This document shows, piece after piece, positions 1 to 9,723 of a stretch of 64,000 nucleotides of DNA (positions within the stretch are counted from its first letter, which is position 1; every line of letters starts with the position of its first letter). The position numbers were made by a program, and so were the translations under genes. The notes under the pieces were generated by a model, which was not told the origin of the DNA, made no database searches, and saw only the letters and a program-made list of their open reading frames with translations. The DNA comes from Gammaproteobacteria bacterium (GTDB lineage: Bacteria > Pseudomonadota > Gammaproteobacteria > Arenicellales > UBA868): positions 4,746 through 68,745 of the forward strand of contig CAUZJT010000005.1 of assembly GCA_963580215.1 (NCBI GenBank). The letters are read 5' to 3'.

Positions 1-1152
1 CAACTGATCACAATCCAGTACGTAGCCTTGTTTGAGTTGAATGCGTCGTCCTTGCCACTGGCTGTATACCGGCGCGAAATGGTATTGCAGATTGGGATGG
101 GCTGCATCCGTGTTGCCATAGACAAAGCCGCCCATCTCCCAGATATTCGATGCACCGACACCTGAGCGTGAAGTCAGCCACTTGAGCCCGGTACTGAGCT
201 TAGTCAGGGGTCGGGCCAGGGTATGCAAAGTCACTGCTTTCTTGCAGTAAAAGGCGCTGATAATACTGAGGTGGTCCTGCAGGTTCTGTCCGACACCACC
301 GAGATTCACAAGCGGCGTGATGTTCATTGATTTTAGATAATCGGCTGGGCCAATTCCTGAGAGCATCAGCAGTTGCGGACTCTTAATGGCGCCGCAGCAG
401 ACGAGGACCGCACGCGATGCATGGGCTTGGCTCACCTGGCCGTCTTTTTCATACACGATGCCGCTTGCGCGGCCGCCTTCAATAATGATCCGCCGAGTCA
501 GAGCCTTTGTCGTTAATGTCAGGTTGGCTCTTTTTAATGCGGGTTTTAGATGGGCAACTGCGGCACTACAGCGCCGGCCGTTGCGGGTAGTACTGTCAAG
601 ACGGGCGATGCCTTCGGGTTTAAATCCGTTCAGGTCGTCTGAGTTGCCCTGACCGGATTGTTCACCTGCCTGGTAAAGTGCATCGAAAAGTGGGTTCTCC
701 AAGGTGCCTTGGGTTACCCCGAGCGGGCCATTGCCACCGCGCCAGATACTCTGGCCCCGATCTGAGGATTCACAGCGCTTGAAGTAAGGCAGACATTGCG
801 CAAAGGTCCATTCGGCCAGTCCGAATTTATCCGCCCAGCGGTCATAATCCATCGGGTGGCCGCGCATGTAGACCATCGAGTTGATCGAAGATGAGCCGCC
901 GATCACTTTGCCGCGCGGCAAATCGATCCGCCGGCCATCGCACTCGGGCTCGGGCTCGCTCTGGTAGTTCCAGTTAATGCTGGGATCCTTGTATGCGTGA
1001 TAGACCCCAGCCGGGATATGCACCATCAGTTTATGGTCCATGGGCCCGGCTTCGAGGATCAGTACCTGGTTACCCGGGTCTTCGCTTAGCCGGTTGGCCA
1101 GGACGCAGCCGGCCGATCCGGCGCCGATGATGATGTAATCGTATTCAGACAC
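1..1152 (-). CDS. GMC oxidoreductase, choline dehydrogenase-like (partial, runs off the left edge)
   Basis: Not in the ORF track. Manual minus-strand translation from GTG at 1152 gives MSEYDYIIIGAGSAGCVLANRLSEDPGNQVLILEAG (FAD-binding motif) and later PRGKVIGGSSSINSMVYMRG, both GMC signatures. Confidence 0.9.
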   Translation of the reverse strand, partial: MSEYDYIIIGAGSAGCVLANRLSEDPGNQVLILEAGPMDHKLMVHIPAGVYHAYKDPSINWNYQSEPEPECDGRRIDLPRGKVIGGSSSINSMVYMRGHPMDYDRWADKFGLAEWTFAQCLPYFKRCESSDRGQSIWRGGNGPLGVTQGTLENPLFDALYQAGEQSGQGNSDDLNGFKPEGIARLDSTTRNGRRCSAAVAHLKPALKRANLTLTTKALTRRIIIEGGRASGIVYEKDGQVSQAHASRAVLVCCGAIKSPQLLMLSGIGPADYLKSMNITPLVNLGGVGQNLQDHLSIISAFYCKKAVTLHTLARPLTKLSTGLKWLTSRSGVGASNIWEMGGFVYGNTDAAHPNLQYHFAPVYSQWQGRRIQLKQGYVLDCDQL

Positions 1153-1411
1153 AGTGTTTAGTTGATGATCATGGCGCAAAGCCTCTTTACTGGGGTGCCC
1201 CGCATACCCGGTAACGACCGAATAAAACTTCAGGGGAAAAGTCTAAATTAAATTTAATCATAAAGACCAGCCCTGTATGGTAAAAAGGTCGTGGCTTGGC
1301 GTCCCGAGCACCCACGAGGTTCAATCTCTCGTCACATGAACAAAGAGCAGGGGTGCTGTAGCCCCCCTAATAACTGGCATCTAAAGAAAACTGGGCTGGA
1401 GAACTGAATAA

Positions 1412-1597
1412 ATGATCAAGGCGTTTTACAAAGCCCGGGAGTGGGCGCTATGGGCCTATGGTGGCGGGGCACTACTGATATCGTCCCTTTGGCCGCAGGT
1501 ACAAATGACAGTCGCGCTTAACGAGTGGTATGGTCGTTTCTATGATTTATTGCAAAACGCGGCCAGTTTCTCTGATGAGCCACAAAGCTGCAATTGA
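1412..1597 (+). pseudogene. Truncated N-terminal fragment of an SbmA/BacA-like transporter
   Basis: The 61-aa ORF (WALWAYGG...SLWPQVQMTVALNEWYGRFYDLLQNA) aligns by eye with the N-terminus of the 2432..3424 protein (WFLWAYLG...SLWLSVQIDVKINEWFGVFYDMIQKA). It has an RBS-like GGAG and stops where the sequence turns AT-rich. Confidence 0.8.
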
Positions 1598-1621
1598 CTT
1601 TATTTTGGAAAGGCTTGCTTA

Positions 1622-2431
1622 ATGACCTTTCTTCAGTATTTATTGCCTCAGCATTTGTTATCGAAGCTGATGTTTCGTTTTGCACGAATCGAAAATGTAT
1701 GGATTAAAGACACCTTCACGCGTTGGTTTGTGAATAAATATCAAGTCAATTTAGTTGAAGCTGAAAGAGATGGTATCTCTGATTATGCTCATTTTAACGA
1801 TTTCTTTACACGAGCTTTAAAACCTCAGGCTAGGCCTATCTCAGAATCACCAATTATTTCACCTGTAGATGGTGTCGTATCACAAGCAGGGCAAATAAAA
1901 GACTCTCAAATCTTGCAAGCCAAAGGCCGTCATTTCTTTTTATCGCAACTTTTGGGCGGAGAATACTTAGAAAAAATAGAAAATGGACACTTTGCTACTT
2001 TCTATCTCGCGCCTAAAGATTACCACCGTATCCATATGCCACTAGATGGTAAGTTGGTTTCGATGCGATATATTCCTGGAGATCTATTCTCAGTGAATCG
2101 CAAAACGGTAAATAAAGTCAATGGAGTTTTTGCTCGAAACGAGCGCTTAGTTTGTCTATTTGATACTGTTTATGGAAGAGTGGCTTGTGTCCTGGTTGGA
2201 GCAATTTTTGTTGGTTCTATCGAGACTTCATGGCAGGGACAAGTGACACCTCCATATGGAAAAGAGGTTAAGGTTTATGATTACACAGAAAAAGAGTTTG
2301 AATTATTTAAAGGTGACGAGCTAGGTCGGTTTAATATGGGCTCAACAGTTATTATGCTTCTTCCAGAGACTGCTCCAGCATTAAAACTGCAGTCAGGACG
2401 AGAGCTTAAAATGGGGCAATCTTTGATTTAA
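1622..2431 (+). CDS. psd: Phosphatidylserine decarboxylase proenzyme
   Basis: FNDFFTRALK, ISPVDG, YLAPKDYHRIHMP, FARNER and the GRFNMGSTV autocleavage motif. Confidence 0.95.
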   Translation: MTFLQYLLPQHLLSKLMFRFARIENVWIKDTFTRWFVNKYQVNLVEAERDGISDYAHFNDFFTRALKPQARPISESPIISPVDGVVSQAGQIKDSQILQAKGRHFFLSQLLGGEYLEKIENGHFATFYLAPKDYHRIHMPLDGKLVSMRYIPGDLFSVNRKTVNKVNGVFARNERLVCLFDTVYGRVACVLVGAIFVGSIETSWQGQVTPPYGKEVKVYDYTEKEFELFKGDELGRFNMGSTVIMLLPETAPALKLQSGRELKMGQSLI

Positions 2432-3424
2432 TTACGCTTTTATTTCCGATTCAGTCATTGAATCAATTTGTCGTTCAAACTCTCTTAGACGTTTATAAAC
2501 ACTAGCTAATTCAATAATCGTTGGCCATGCATTAAACAAATATTGAAGTGACCCTTCTACTCTACTAAATGCTCTTAGTACTTGTTGCATTACTCCAAGT
2601 GTCATTACTCCAGCAACTATTGCAGGTGCTAGGAAAATATATCCGACTAAAACATTGGCTTGCAAGTACGCAAGTCTTCCAATATTAAAATACAAATAAA
2701 ACAGATAACTTTTGTAATGAATTGTTCTTACTCCATCAAATAGCTCTTCGAATGATTTTGGCCTTATGCTTCCATCGTCTTCTGCTATAACAAGTATTTT
2801 TCGATACCTAGCTTCCCTCTTTTGTAAATCATATTCAATGCCTACAAGTCTTAATATCCAAGCTAGTGCAATCATTAAAACTGTACCACCCACAGCCCAA
2901 ATAAGGGCACCAGAAACCAATCCATATGACCAATCACCAAACCACATAATAGGAATACCTACTGATAGGCCCATCAATAATGGAAAGTACTCAACTAATA
3001 CCATCACTGATTCGATGAAAGCTGTTCCCAAGCTCTCCATGATTCGTGAAAACCTGATCGTGTCTTCTTGAACACGTTGTGATGCACCTTCAATAGTGCG
3101 TGCTTTATCATATACGCTATGATAATACTCAACCATTGATGTACGCCATCTAAACAAAAAGTGTGATGTAAGAAATGCAGTAGCGAGTCCTAATACAATC
3201 GATAAGGCGGCAAGTTTACCAAAGGTATATAGTCCTTCTAAATATTCTGTCATTGTAATTGCATTTGGCGTTCCTAATGCTTTTTGAATCATATCGTAGA
3301 AGACGCCAAACCATTCATTGATCTTTACATCAATTTGTACTGATAACCATAACGACGTTAAGATTACTGTCGAACCAAGATAGGCCCAGAGAAACCATTT
3401 TTTGCTTGTGAAGAATCTAAACAT
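2432..3424 (-). CDS. SbmA/BacA-family inner-membrane peptide transporter
   Basis: Hydrophobic 330-aa protein with SHFLFRWRTSM, RTIEGASQRVQEDT and WPTIIELASVYKRLREFE, typical of SbmA/BacA. Confidence 0.9.
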   Translation of the reverse strand: MFRFFTSKKWFLWAYLGSTVILTSLWLSVQIDVKINEWFGVFYDMIQKALGTPNAITMTEYLEGLYTFGKLAALSIVLGLATAFLTSHFLFRWRTSMVEYYHSVYDKARTIEGASQRVQEDTIRFSRIMESLGTAFIESVMVLVEYFPLLMGLSVGIPIMWFGDWSYGLVSGALIWAVGGTVLMIALAWILRLVGIEYDLQKREARYRKILVIAEDDGSIRPKSFEELFDGVRTIHYKSYLFYLYFNIGRLAYLQANVLVGYIFLAPAIVAGVMTLGVMQQVLRAFSRVEGSLQYLFNAWPTIIELASVYKRLREFERQIDSMTESEIKA

Positions 3425-3723
3425 TTTTTTTTACTATTTTAAATTTAATAATACTTAAAACAGGATAATACCTAATATATTTTGGTGATTCGAACAAGTT
3501 TAACGCCTTGTTTTGATACTTGTACAATCTCAATTATTATTGGTTCAATTTTTAGAGACACGTTGTGTTGAGGAAAGTTTGTAAATTTTCTAAAATTAGG
3601 CCATTTAGGGTTATAACGCTTTCGTATGGCAGTTTAATCTTTAATGCTTTCTGGATTGACCGGGAGTACATCAGTTCGTGTGACTGAGAAATTGATTATT
3701 CGGTTTGATCCTGACCGGGTGGG

Positions 3724-4107
3724 TTAAATAAAAAGCGTAACACCATCGACCACACCGACCGCAAGCGTCAACAGTACGCTTGCCAGATGCAGCCGTTTAA
3801 AAGTGGCCGCTTTTGCCTCGTCCCGCGCCCGATTGGTGGCTGGGATCAACGCGTAAGCCAGTAGCGCAAATCCCAGGGCGAGTCCTCCGAGTATGGCGCC
3901 TGCCGTGAAGCCAGCCAGTTGGCTGGTGATACCCATTGCGAGACCCAATCCGGCAAGAATTAGAAAGAAGCGTGGGAACAGGGCACGCAGAAAAGGACCA
4001 CTGGCACCGTTCTTCAGCTGCGCAAACACCAACGGGGCAACCACGGCACTTTGAAAAACAATGATCCCAAGGGAGACCCCGCCAAGAAGGTAAGTCAGTT
4101 TAATCAT
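3724..4107 (-). CDS. Small membrane protein, DUF4149/TMEM205-like
   Basis: Four hydrophobic segments; VVAPLVFAQL...FLRALFPRFF and FKRLHLASVLL motifs. Confidence 0.7.
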   Translation of the reverse strand: MIKLTYLLGGVSLGIIVFQSAVVAPLVFAQLKNGASGPFLRALFPRFFLILAGLGLAMGITSQLAGFTAGAILGGLALGFALLAYALIPATNRARDEAKAATFKRLHLASVLLTLAVGVVDGVTLFI

Positions 4108-4322
4108 GGTTCTTTAATAACCTCGAGGTTCGACTGGTTGTCGTATAGGAAAATTAATTAGCAATTTGAAAGCATACATGGGTACTGCCAAGACGACGTG
4201 AAAGGGAGCCCGCTTGAGGTAATAGTCTTTTGTCTTGATCTTGGTGAACAATAGGCCCCAGGTATAATGCCTTTATAGATCAAGCGTATTATCACCCGAA
4301 TGTTAATGGCCCTTACGTTGAA

Positions 4323-5738
4323 ATGATTCCGGTTATTCTCTCTGGTGGCGCCGGCACACGCCTGTGGCCGCTATCACGTTCACTTCATCCCAAGCAGTTT
4401 CATGCGCTGACTGGCAGTACAACGCTGATCCAGCAGACCGCATTGCGCCTGAAAGATGCCGGCTATGCCAACCCGCCACTGGTATTGTGTAACGAGGATC
4501 ACCGCTTCATGGTGGCAGGCCAACTGGACGAGGTGGGCATTTCACCCTCGAGCATCATCCTTGAGCCCGTTGCCCGGGGCACGGCGCCAGCTATTGCCGT
4601 GGCAGCTAAGCTGGTTGAAGCACAGCACAATGATGATGTGATGACCGTGTTTCCCGCAGACCATGTTATTGCAGATAACGATGCATTTAAGACAGCGCTG
4701 GACCAGGCTGTGGCGCTGGCGAGTGAGGGCCATCTTGTGACATTTGGCATTACACCGCAAAGTGCTCATACCGGTTATGGCTATATCCGTCTTAAAGGCG
4801 AACTCGAAAAAGGGGCGGGGCAGATCGATGAGTTTGTTGAAAAGCCTGATGCCATCACTGCACAGGCCTACCTGGATCATGGCGGGTATTTCTGGAATGG
4901 TGGGATGTTTGTTTTTAAGGCATCGACGATGCTTGAGGCCTTTGCCGAGCACGCACCAGACATGCTGGCTCCCTGTAGCACGGCGGTATCCGACGCGCAG
5001 TCGGATGGGTGTTTTTTGCACCTGGAGAAGAGTAGTTTTGAGTCGGCCCCAGCGAATTCTATCGATTATGCCGTCATGGAAAAGGCATCGCGCACGATGA
5101 TGGTGCTACTGAATGCGGGCTGGGGCGATATTGGCTCATGGGCTTCCTTGTGGGAGTCTCTTGAAAAAGATGAGCGCAACAATGCTAGTCAGGGCGATGT
5201 CATCCTGAACGATACCGATGACAGCCTGGTGATCTCCGAGCGTGGCCTGGTTGCCACGATCGGTGTGAACAACCTGGTCATTGTGGATACGCCGGATGCC
5301 CTACTGGTCGCAAAGCGCGATCACAGCGGTGAACTCAAACAGTTGGTAAGAGGCCTAACTACGCAGGGCCGCCCTGAGGTGCAGCATCACCGCCGAGTCT
5401 ATCGGCCCTGGGGCAGTTTTGAAGCTATCGACCAAGGTCCGCGCTTTCAGGTTAAACGTATTGTGGTGGACCCAGGTAAGAAACTTTCTTTGCAGCGCCA
5501 TCAACACCGGGCAGAGCATTGGGTCGTGGTGCGTGGCCAGGCGCAGGTAACCGTTGGGGAGGAAATCTTCATACTGGAGGAGAACCAGTCGACTTATATA
5601 CCGCCTGGCACCATACACCGCCTGGCGAATCCGAAAGAAAGGCCGCTTGAGATTATCGAAGTGCAGTCGGGCGATTATCTAGGCGAGGATGATATTGAGC
5701 GCCTCGAGGATGACTACAACCGCAAAAACCAAGACTGA
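4323..5738 (+). CDS. manC: Mannose-1-phosphate guanylyltransferase/mannose-6-phosphate isomerase
   Basis: N-terminal ILSGGAGTRLWPLSR..PKQF, FVEKPD and SIDYAVMEK; C-terminal cupin with RPWG and SLQRHQHRAEHWVVV. Confidence 0.95.
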   Translation: MIPVILSGGAGTRLWPLSRSLHPKQFHALTGSTTLIQQTALRLKDAGYANPPLVLCNEDHRFMVAGQLDEVGISPSSIILEPVARGTAPAIAVAAKLVEAQHNDDVMTVFPADHVIADNDAFKTALDQAVALASEGHLVTFGITPQSAHTGYGYIRLKGELEKGAGQIDEFVEKPDAITAQAYLDHGGYFWNGGMFVFKASTMLEAFAEHAPDMLAPCSTAVSDAQSDGCFLHLEKSSFESAPANSIDYAVMEKASRTMMVLLNAGWGDIGSWASLWESLEKDERNNASQGDVILNDTDDSLVISERGLVATIGVNNLVIVDTPDALLVAKRDHSGELKQLVRGLTTQGRPEVQHHRRVYRPWGSFEAIDQGPRFQVKRIVVDPGKKLSLQRHQHRAEHWVVVRGQAQVTVGEEIFILEENQSTYIPPGTIHRLANPKERPLEIIEVQSGDYLGEDDIERLEDDYNRKNQD

Positions 5739-5746
5739 GTTTGTTT

Positions 5747-5772
5747 GATTCTTGACCCTGGAGTCAGGAATC
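5747..5772. terminator. Stem-loop between convergent manC and the PhyH gene
   Basis: GATTCTTGAC-cctgga-GTCAGGAATC inverted repeat with one G-U pair; no strong U-tract. Confidence 0.4.
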
Positions 5773-6573
5773 GTTAGGCCTCCCTGAGATGGCGTGATAT
5801 TTGTGGGTTGACTCCTGTATCCGTGCGGCCGCGTCTTGTGGCAGCCATTCGGTAGCAGGCTGGTCGGTCTCATAATGGCCATACCGATCTTCCCCGCGGA
5901 TCAGCATTGCCGAATCGGAGTCGGATTTTTTCTGGCGCATGCGAGGATTGATGTACTGGATGTTAAGGCCAATACGTCGATCATCACTGGTGTTGGGACT
6001 CGAGGCATGAATAGTCCAACCGTGGTGCAGTGAGGCCTCTCCAGGTTTTAATGGGCAAAGCACTGCATCTTCTTCACGGACATTTTCTATTGTCTGCGAT
6101 TGCAGTAATACATTGTCAGGGTCATTACCCGTTTTCTGGTCACAGATACCCCGCGCATGACTTCCCGGAATCATCTGCATACAACCACTTTGGGCAGATG
6201 CCACCGAGAGCGCCAGCCAGGCGGAGACCTGCTCATCGCCATCAAAACCCCAGTAAGCCAGATCCTGGTGCCAGCTTACAAAAGCCGGTGTCGTGGGTTC
6301 CTTGATAACGTAGGTCACGTTATACAGCAGTATGTCAGGGCCAAGAATCTCCTCAATAAGATCGACCAGGGTAGGGTGTGTCGCAAGCTCATAGGGAGAG
6401 CGAAGAACCGTATGCACTTTACTATGGTAGTGCAATGGGCCGACTTGCGCCTCTGCGTCTTCCAACATGTGTCGATGGCGAGCCGCCGCATGCGCTGAAA
6501 GCACGGGTAACCCCCCGATAAAGCCATCACGGACGAAGGCCTGCACCAGATTGGTGTTATTTGTTAAGCCCAT
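5764..6573 (-). CDS. Phytanoyl-CoA dioxygenase (PhyH) family Fe(II)/2-oxoglutarate dioxygenase
   Basis: WHQD (HxD), a distal His in TIHASSPN and RRIG. Confidence 0.9.
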   Translation of the reverse strand: MGLTNNTNLVQAFVRDGFIGGLPVLSAHAAARHRHMLEDAEAQVGPLHYHSKVHTVLRSPYELATHPTLVDLIEEILGPDILLYNVTYVIKEPTTPAFVSWHQDLAYWGFDGDEQVSAWLALSVASAQSGCMQMIPGSHARGICDQKTGNDPDNVLLQSQTIENVREEDAVLCPLKPGEASLHHGWTIHASSPNTSDDRRIGLNIQYINPRMRQKKSDSDSAMLIRGEDRYGHYETDQPATEWLPQDAAARIQESTHKYHAISGRPNDS

Positions 6574-6824
6574 GCAACCTCCCGTATTAAATACAAGCCC
6601 GAATGATGCCCGTTAACCTGTGTATTACAAATGTGGGTTGGCGACAAAGTCTTGCTTCGATGCGCCATTGCTGTCCTGTGCTTCGAAAACAGGGTCGATG
6701 TTCGAAAATCCAAATTTCGCTATCGCAGCAGAAACGTCGACCGGTAGTCTCGTCAGTCAGATTTAGACCCGCAGAGCAAAAATTCGGTACGAAACTTTGC
6801 TCAGATGATGAGATAATTAAAACC

Positions 6825-7958
6825 ATGACAGACAGCGACCCTGCCGCTGTGGCGACCGGCTTACCCAATCGCTACTACAGTAACCGCGAGGATTTTCTCG
6901 CTGAACGCGAAAAGATTTTCGCGCCGATGTGGACCTGTATCGGCTTTGCCAGTAATGCACCTAACCCGGGCGATGTCTTCCCGATTGAGTTCATGGAACT
7001 GCCGCTTTTGTTGGTTCGTGGTAGTGACCAGGTACTACGGGTCTTTCACAATGTCTGCCGTCACCGCGGCCATGTGCTGATCAGCGCTCCCGGTACGGTC
7101 AAACAGTCGCTGCGCTGCCCGTATCACTCGTGGACCTATACGCTTGAAGGAAAACTGACACGTACGCCGAACATCGGTGGCCCCGGTATCAACCAGATCG
7201 AATCACTGGATCGCTCAAAGTTTGGTCTGGTCGAGGTCGCCAGTGCGCAATGGCACGATCTGGTTTTTATCAACCTCTCCGGGGATGCGCCGCCTTTTTC
7301 TGAGTTCATCTTTCCATTAGCCCAACGTTGGGCGCCTTACTGGGGAAGTGAGGGGCCGTCACTACTACGCTTGGGTGATTCACATTCCCGCATCGAGCTC
7401 GAGCTTTCGGCTAACTGGAAACTTGCTGTTGAGAATTACCTGGAGGCTTATCACCTGCCGACGGTTCATCCTGCGCTTAATAAGGTTTCGCCACTGGCTG
7501 ACCATGAGATTTATCTTACCGAGGATTTTGCCGGCCAGTTGTCGCATTGCTATACCTTGGGCGCCGGCGCGGATGGCCACCTGCCAGTTTTTCCTGCCTG
7601 GCCCAAAGACGCATACCAGGAAGCGGAATACCCAGCTTTGTTCCCCAATACCTTGCTGGGATTACAGGCAGACCACCTTTTTGTTATGGTGGTTATTCCA
7701 CTGGCCTACAACCGGACGCTTGAGGAAACCCGACTGTACTGCGTTGGTGACCAAGTGCTTTCATCCCGTTTTACCCAATTGCGCAAAGCGCAGCACACCT
7801 TCTGGCGCGAGGTATTCGCTGAGGATATTGACGTGGTGATGGGAATGCAGGCTGGGCGGGCCTCTCCAGGTTTTGACGGCGGCGTACTGACACCGGTAAT
7901 GGATAGTGCTACCGCCGCTTTTCATCGCTGGGCCGGCGAGCGACTGGGGTCTCGCTAA
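6825..7958 (+). CDS. Rieske non-heme iron oxygenase alpha subunit (choline monooxygenase-like)
   Basis: Rieske motif CRHRG...CPYHSW and mononuclear iron site NWKLAVENYLEAYHLPTVH. Start moved to the ATG at 6825 (track start 6603). Confidence 0.9.
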   Translation: MTDSDPAAVATGLPNRYYSNREDFLAEREKIFAPMWTCIGFASNAPNPGDVFPIEFMELPLLLVRGSDQVLRVFHNVCRHRGHVLISAPGTVKQSLRCPYHSWTYTLEGKLTRTPNIGGPGINQIESLDRSKFGLVEVASAQWHDLVFINLSGDAPPFSEFIFPLAQRWAPYWGSEGPSLLRLGDSHSRIELELSANWKLAVENYLEAYHLPTVHPALNKVSPLADHEIYLTEDFAGQLSHCYTLGAGADGHLPVFPAWPKDAYQEAEYPALFPNTLLGLQADHLFVMVVIPLAYNRTLEETRLYCVGDQVLSSRFTQLRKAQHTFWREVFAEDIDVVMGMQAGRASPGFDGGVLTPVMDSATAAFHRWAGERLGSR

Positions 7959-8073
7959 GCTGGCACCAGTCGGTGTTTTGTAGTGTCGTACCCGCAGTGG
8001 GCATCGACCTGCGGTTAGGCGCCAGCAGCGGTTTATGCCATAGTTCCATCCTTTAGAACAGTAATCTTTGCCG

Positions 8074-8370
8074 ATGAAAAAACCCAGTCCAGGCCATCCG
8101 GCCAGCTTCAGCATGCGTGCGATACATGAAGGGTACGATCCGGCAAGTCACCATGGTTCGTTGAACCCGCCGGTGTACCTAAATGCCACCTACTCTTTTG
8201 ACTCTATAGCCCAAGGTCAGCAGCGTTTTGCCGGCGAGATGCCGGGTTATGTTTATGCCCGGGTCGAAAACCCGACCCAGTTGGTGATAAAGCAACGTTT
8301 GGCAAGTCTGGAAAATGTCGAAGATCTCTCGGCGGATATCATGCAGGCATTGGATCACGCTACAGGATAA
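8074..8370 (+). pseudogene. Methionine gamma-lyase / trans-sulfuration enzyme with a large in-frame internal deletion
   Basis: The N-terminal part (RAIHEGYDP..HGSLNPPVY..TY.F...GYVYARVENPT...RLASLE) joins directly to the C-terminal helix (LENVEDLSADIMQALD). The PLP-binding core is absent. Confidence 0.85.
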
Positions 8371-8374
8371 GGCC

Positions 8375-9157
8375 ATGCCAGACGAATTACAGCACCTCAA
8401 GGGAAGGGTGGCAGTTGTCACCGGCGGTTTTTCCGGTATTGGCCTTGCCAGTGCGTTAAGCCTTGCACGCCAGGGTGCGGCAGTCGCTTTGGGCGCCAGA
8501 ACGGTAGCTGCTGAGCCCGAGCAGCAATTGGCCGACATCGGCGCATCGGTTTATGCAGGATCGCTGGATGTGCGCGATAGTGCCAACGTAATGCGGTTTA
8601 TCGGCGAGACTGAAGCCAATCTTGGCCCTATCGATATTGTGGTCAATTCGGCAGGCATCAGCACATCCCAGAATGTAGCGGATCACAACGAACAAACCTG
8701 GATCGATGTGATCGACACCAATCTCATCGGATGTTTTCGAATAATGCACGCCTGCCTCCCAGGCATGATCGAACGGGGCTGGGGGCGCATCGTGAGTATC
8801 GGCTCGACCGCTGCACGAACCGCGGTGCCTGGGCACTCAGCCTACTGTGCATCCAAGTCGGGTTTGCTCGGTTTAAGCCGGGCAGTGGCTCTTGAAGGCG
8901 CCGCCCATGGGGTGACTGCTACCGTGGTTAGCCCTACCTGGGTGCAGACAGATATGTTCAATGCCAGCTTCAAGGCCAAGGCCGAGAAGAACGGCACAGG
9001 CCTGGACGATGAAATCGCCAAGATCATCAGTCAATCGCCCCAGCAACGGCTGGTACAACCCAACGAGATTGGCGAACTGGTTGCGTATCTGTGCCGGGAC
9101 GAAGCCGCCGCGATCACCATGGAAGATATACAGGTTAATGCAGCGGCCTGGTGGTAA
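8375..9157 (+). CDS. Short-chain dehydrogenase/reductase
   Basis: VTGGFSGIG, NSAG and YCASK motifs; start at ATG 8375. Confidence 0.9.
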   Translation: MPDELQHLKGRVAVVTGGFSGIGLASALSLARQGAAVALGARTVAAEPEQQLADIGASVYAGSLDVRDSANVMRFIGETEANLGPIDIVVNSAGISTSQNVADHNEQTWIDVIDTNLIGCFRIMHACLPGMIERGWGRIVSIGSTAARTAVPGHSAYCASKSGLLGLSRAVALEGAAHGVTATVVSPTWVQTDMFNASFKAKAEKNGTGLDDEIAKIISQSPQQRLVQPNEIGELVAYLCRDEAAAITMEDIQVNAAAWW

Positions 9158-9286
9158 CAGCAATCGTTGCTCTGGCTTGCGCCAAGGACGAGTAACCATA
9201 AACCGGTAACAAGAAGATCAACGAAATCTAAAACCTAGACCAATATCTACTCATTACTGCCTCCAAGAAATTCGATTCAAATTTCA

Positions 9287-9358
9287 TTAAAGAGCCTTAA
9301 TGTATTCAATCAAGGCCTGCCTTTCTTTGACCGTGAGTTTCGGTCCAACGAGGTAGAT
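9287..9358 (-). pseudogene. Possible C-terminal remnant of a cytochrome c (di-heme/RoxA-like tail)
   Basis: Minus strand reads IYLVGPKLTVKERQALIEYIKAL*, resembling the G.xLT.eEr.ALIEYLK.L* tail. There is an in-frame TGA shortly upstream and no start codon. Confidence 0.35.
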
Positions 9359-9723
9359 CCGGGCAGGACTCCGGTGTGATCAGGGTGAAAAACAGTGACA
9401 ACGATAGCTCTATGGGCATGAGTTTTAGGGCAAAGGGCGTTAATCCATCCTATACCCTGCTAGGCTCTTCCAAAGGTGTTCGCCGTCAATTTTCATAACT
9501 GGTGCATCGGGCATATCGGATGTTTCTGATCACGTGATGGGTTTTTTGTGTGTGGGCCTCAATTCGTACATTTTCACAGACGGGGATGTGTTGCAAACTT
9601 TCAAAACTGTAAATGCCATCCGCTACCAGGATTACGTGACCATGCCGCGATGGTCAATGCCATCTTTGTGGTTATGAAGAGCATCAAAATCACAGATGAG
9701 TCGCACTAAAACTGGAGAATAAC

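Larger units (their letters stand above)
1598..3660. other. AT-rich inserted block carrying psd and an sbmA-like gene (boundaries approximate)
   Basis: Sharp compositional shift: 2461-2520 has 18/60 G+C versus 41/60 at 901-960. No integrase or transposase is visible. Confidence 0.7.

Noticed and set aside
1247-1258. Palindrome ATTAAATTTAAT upstream of the GMC gene as a BetI-type operator
   Set aside because: Pure A/T, low information content, and it does not match a consensus I can support.
6639-6656. Sigma54-like TGGC...TTGC upstream of the Rieske gene
   Set aside because: GG-to-GC spacing is 12 rather than the required 10.
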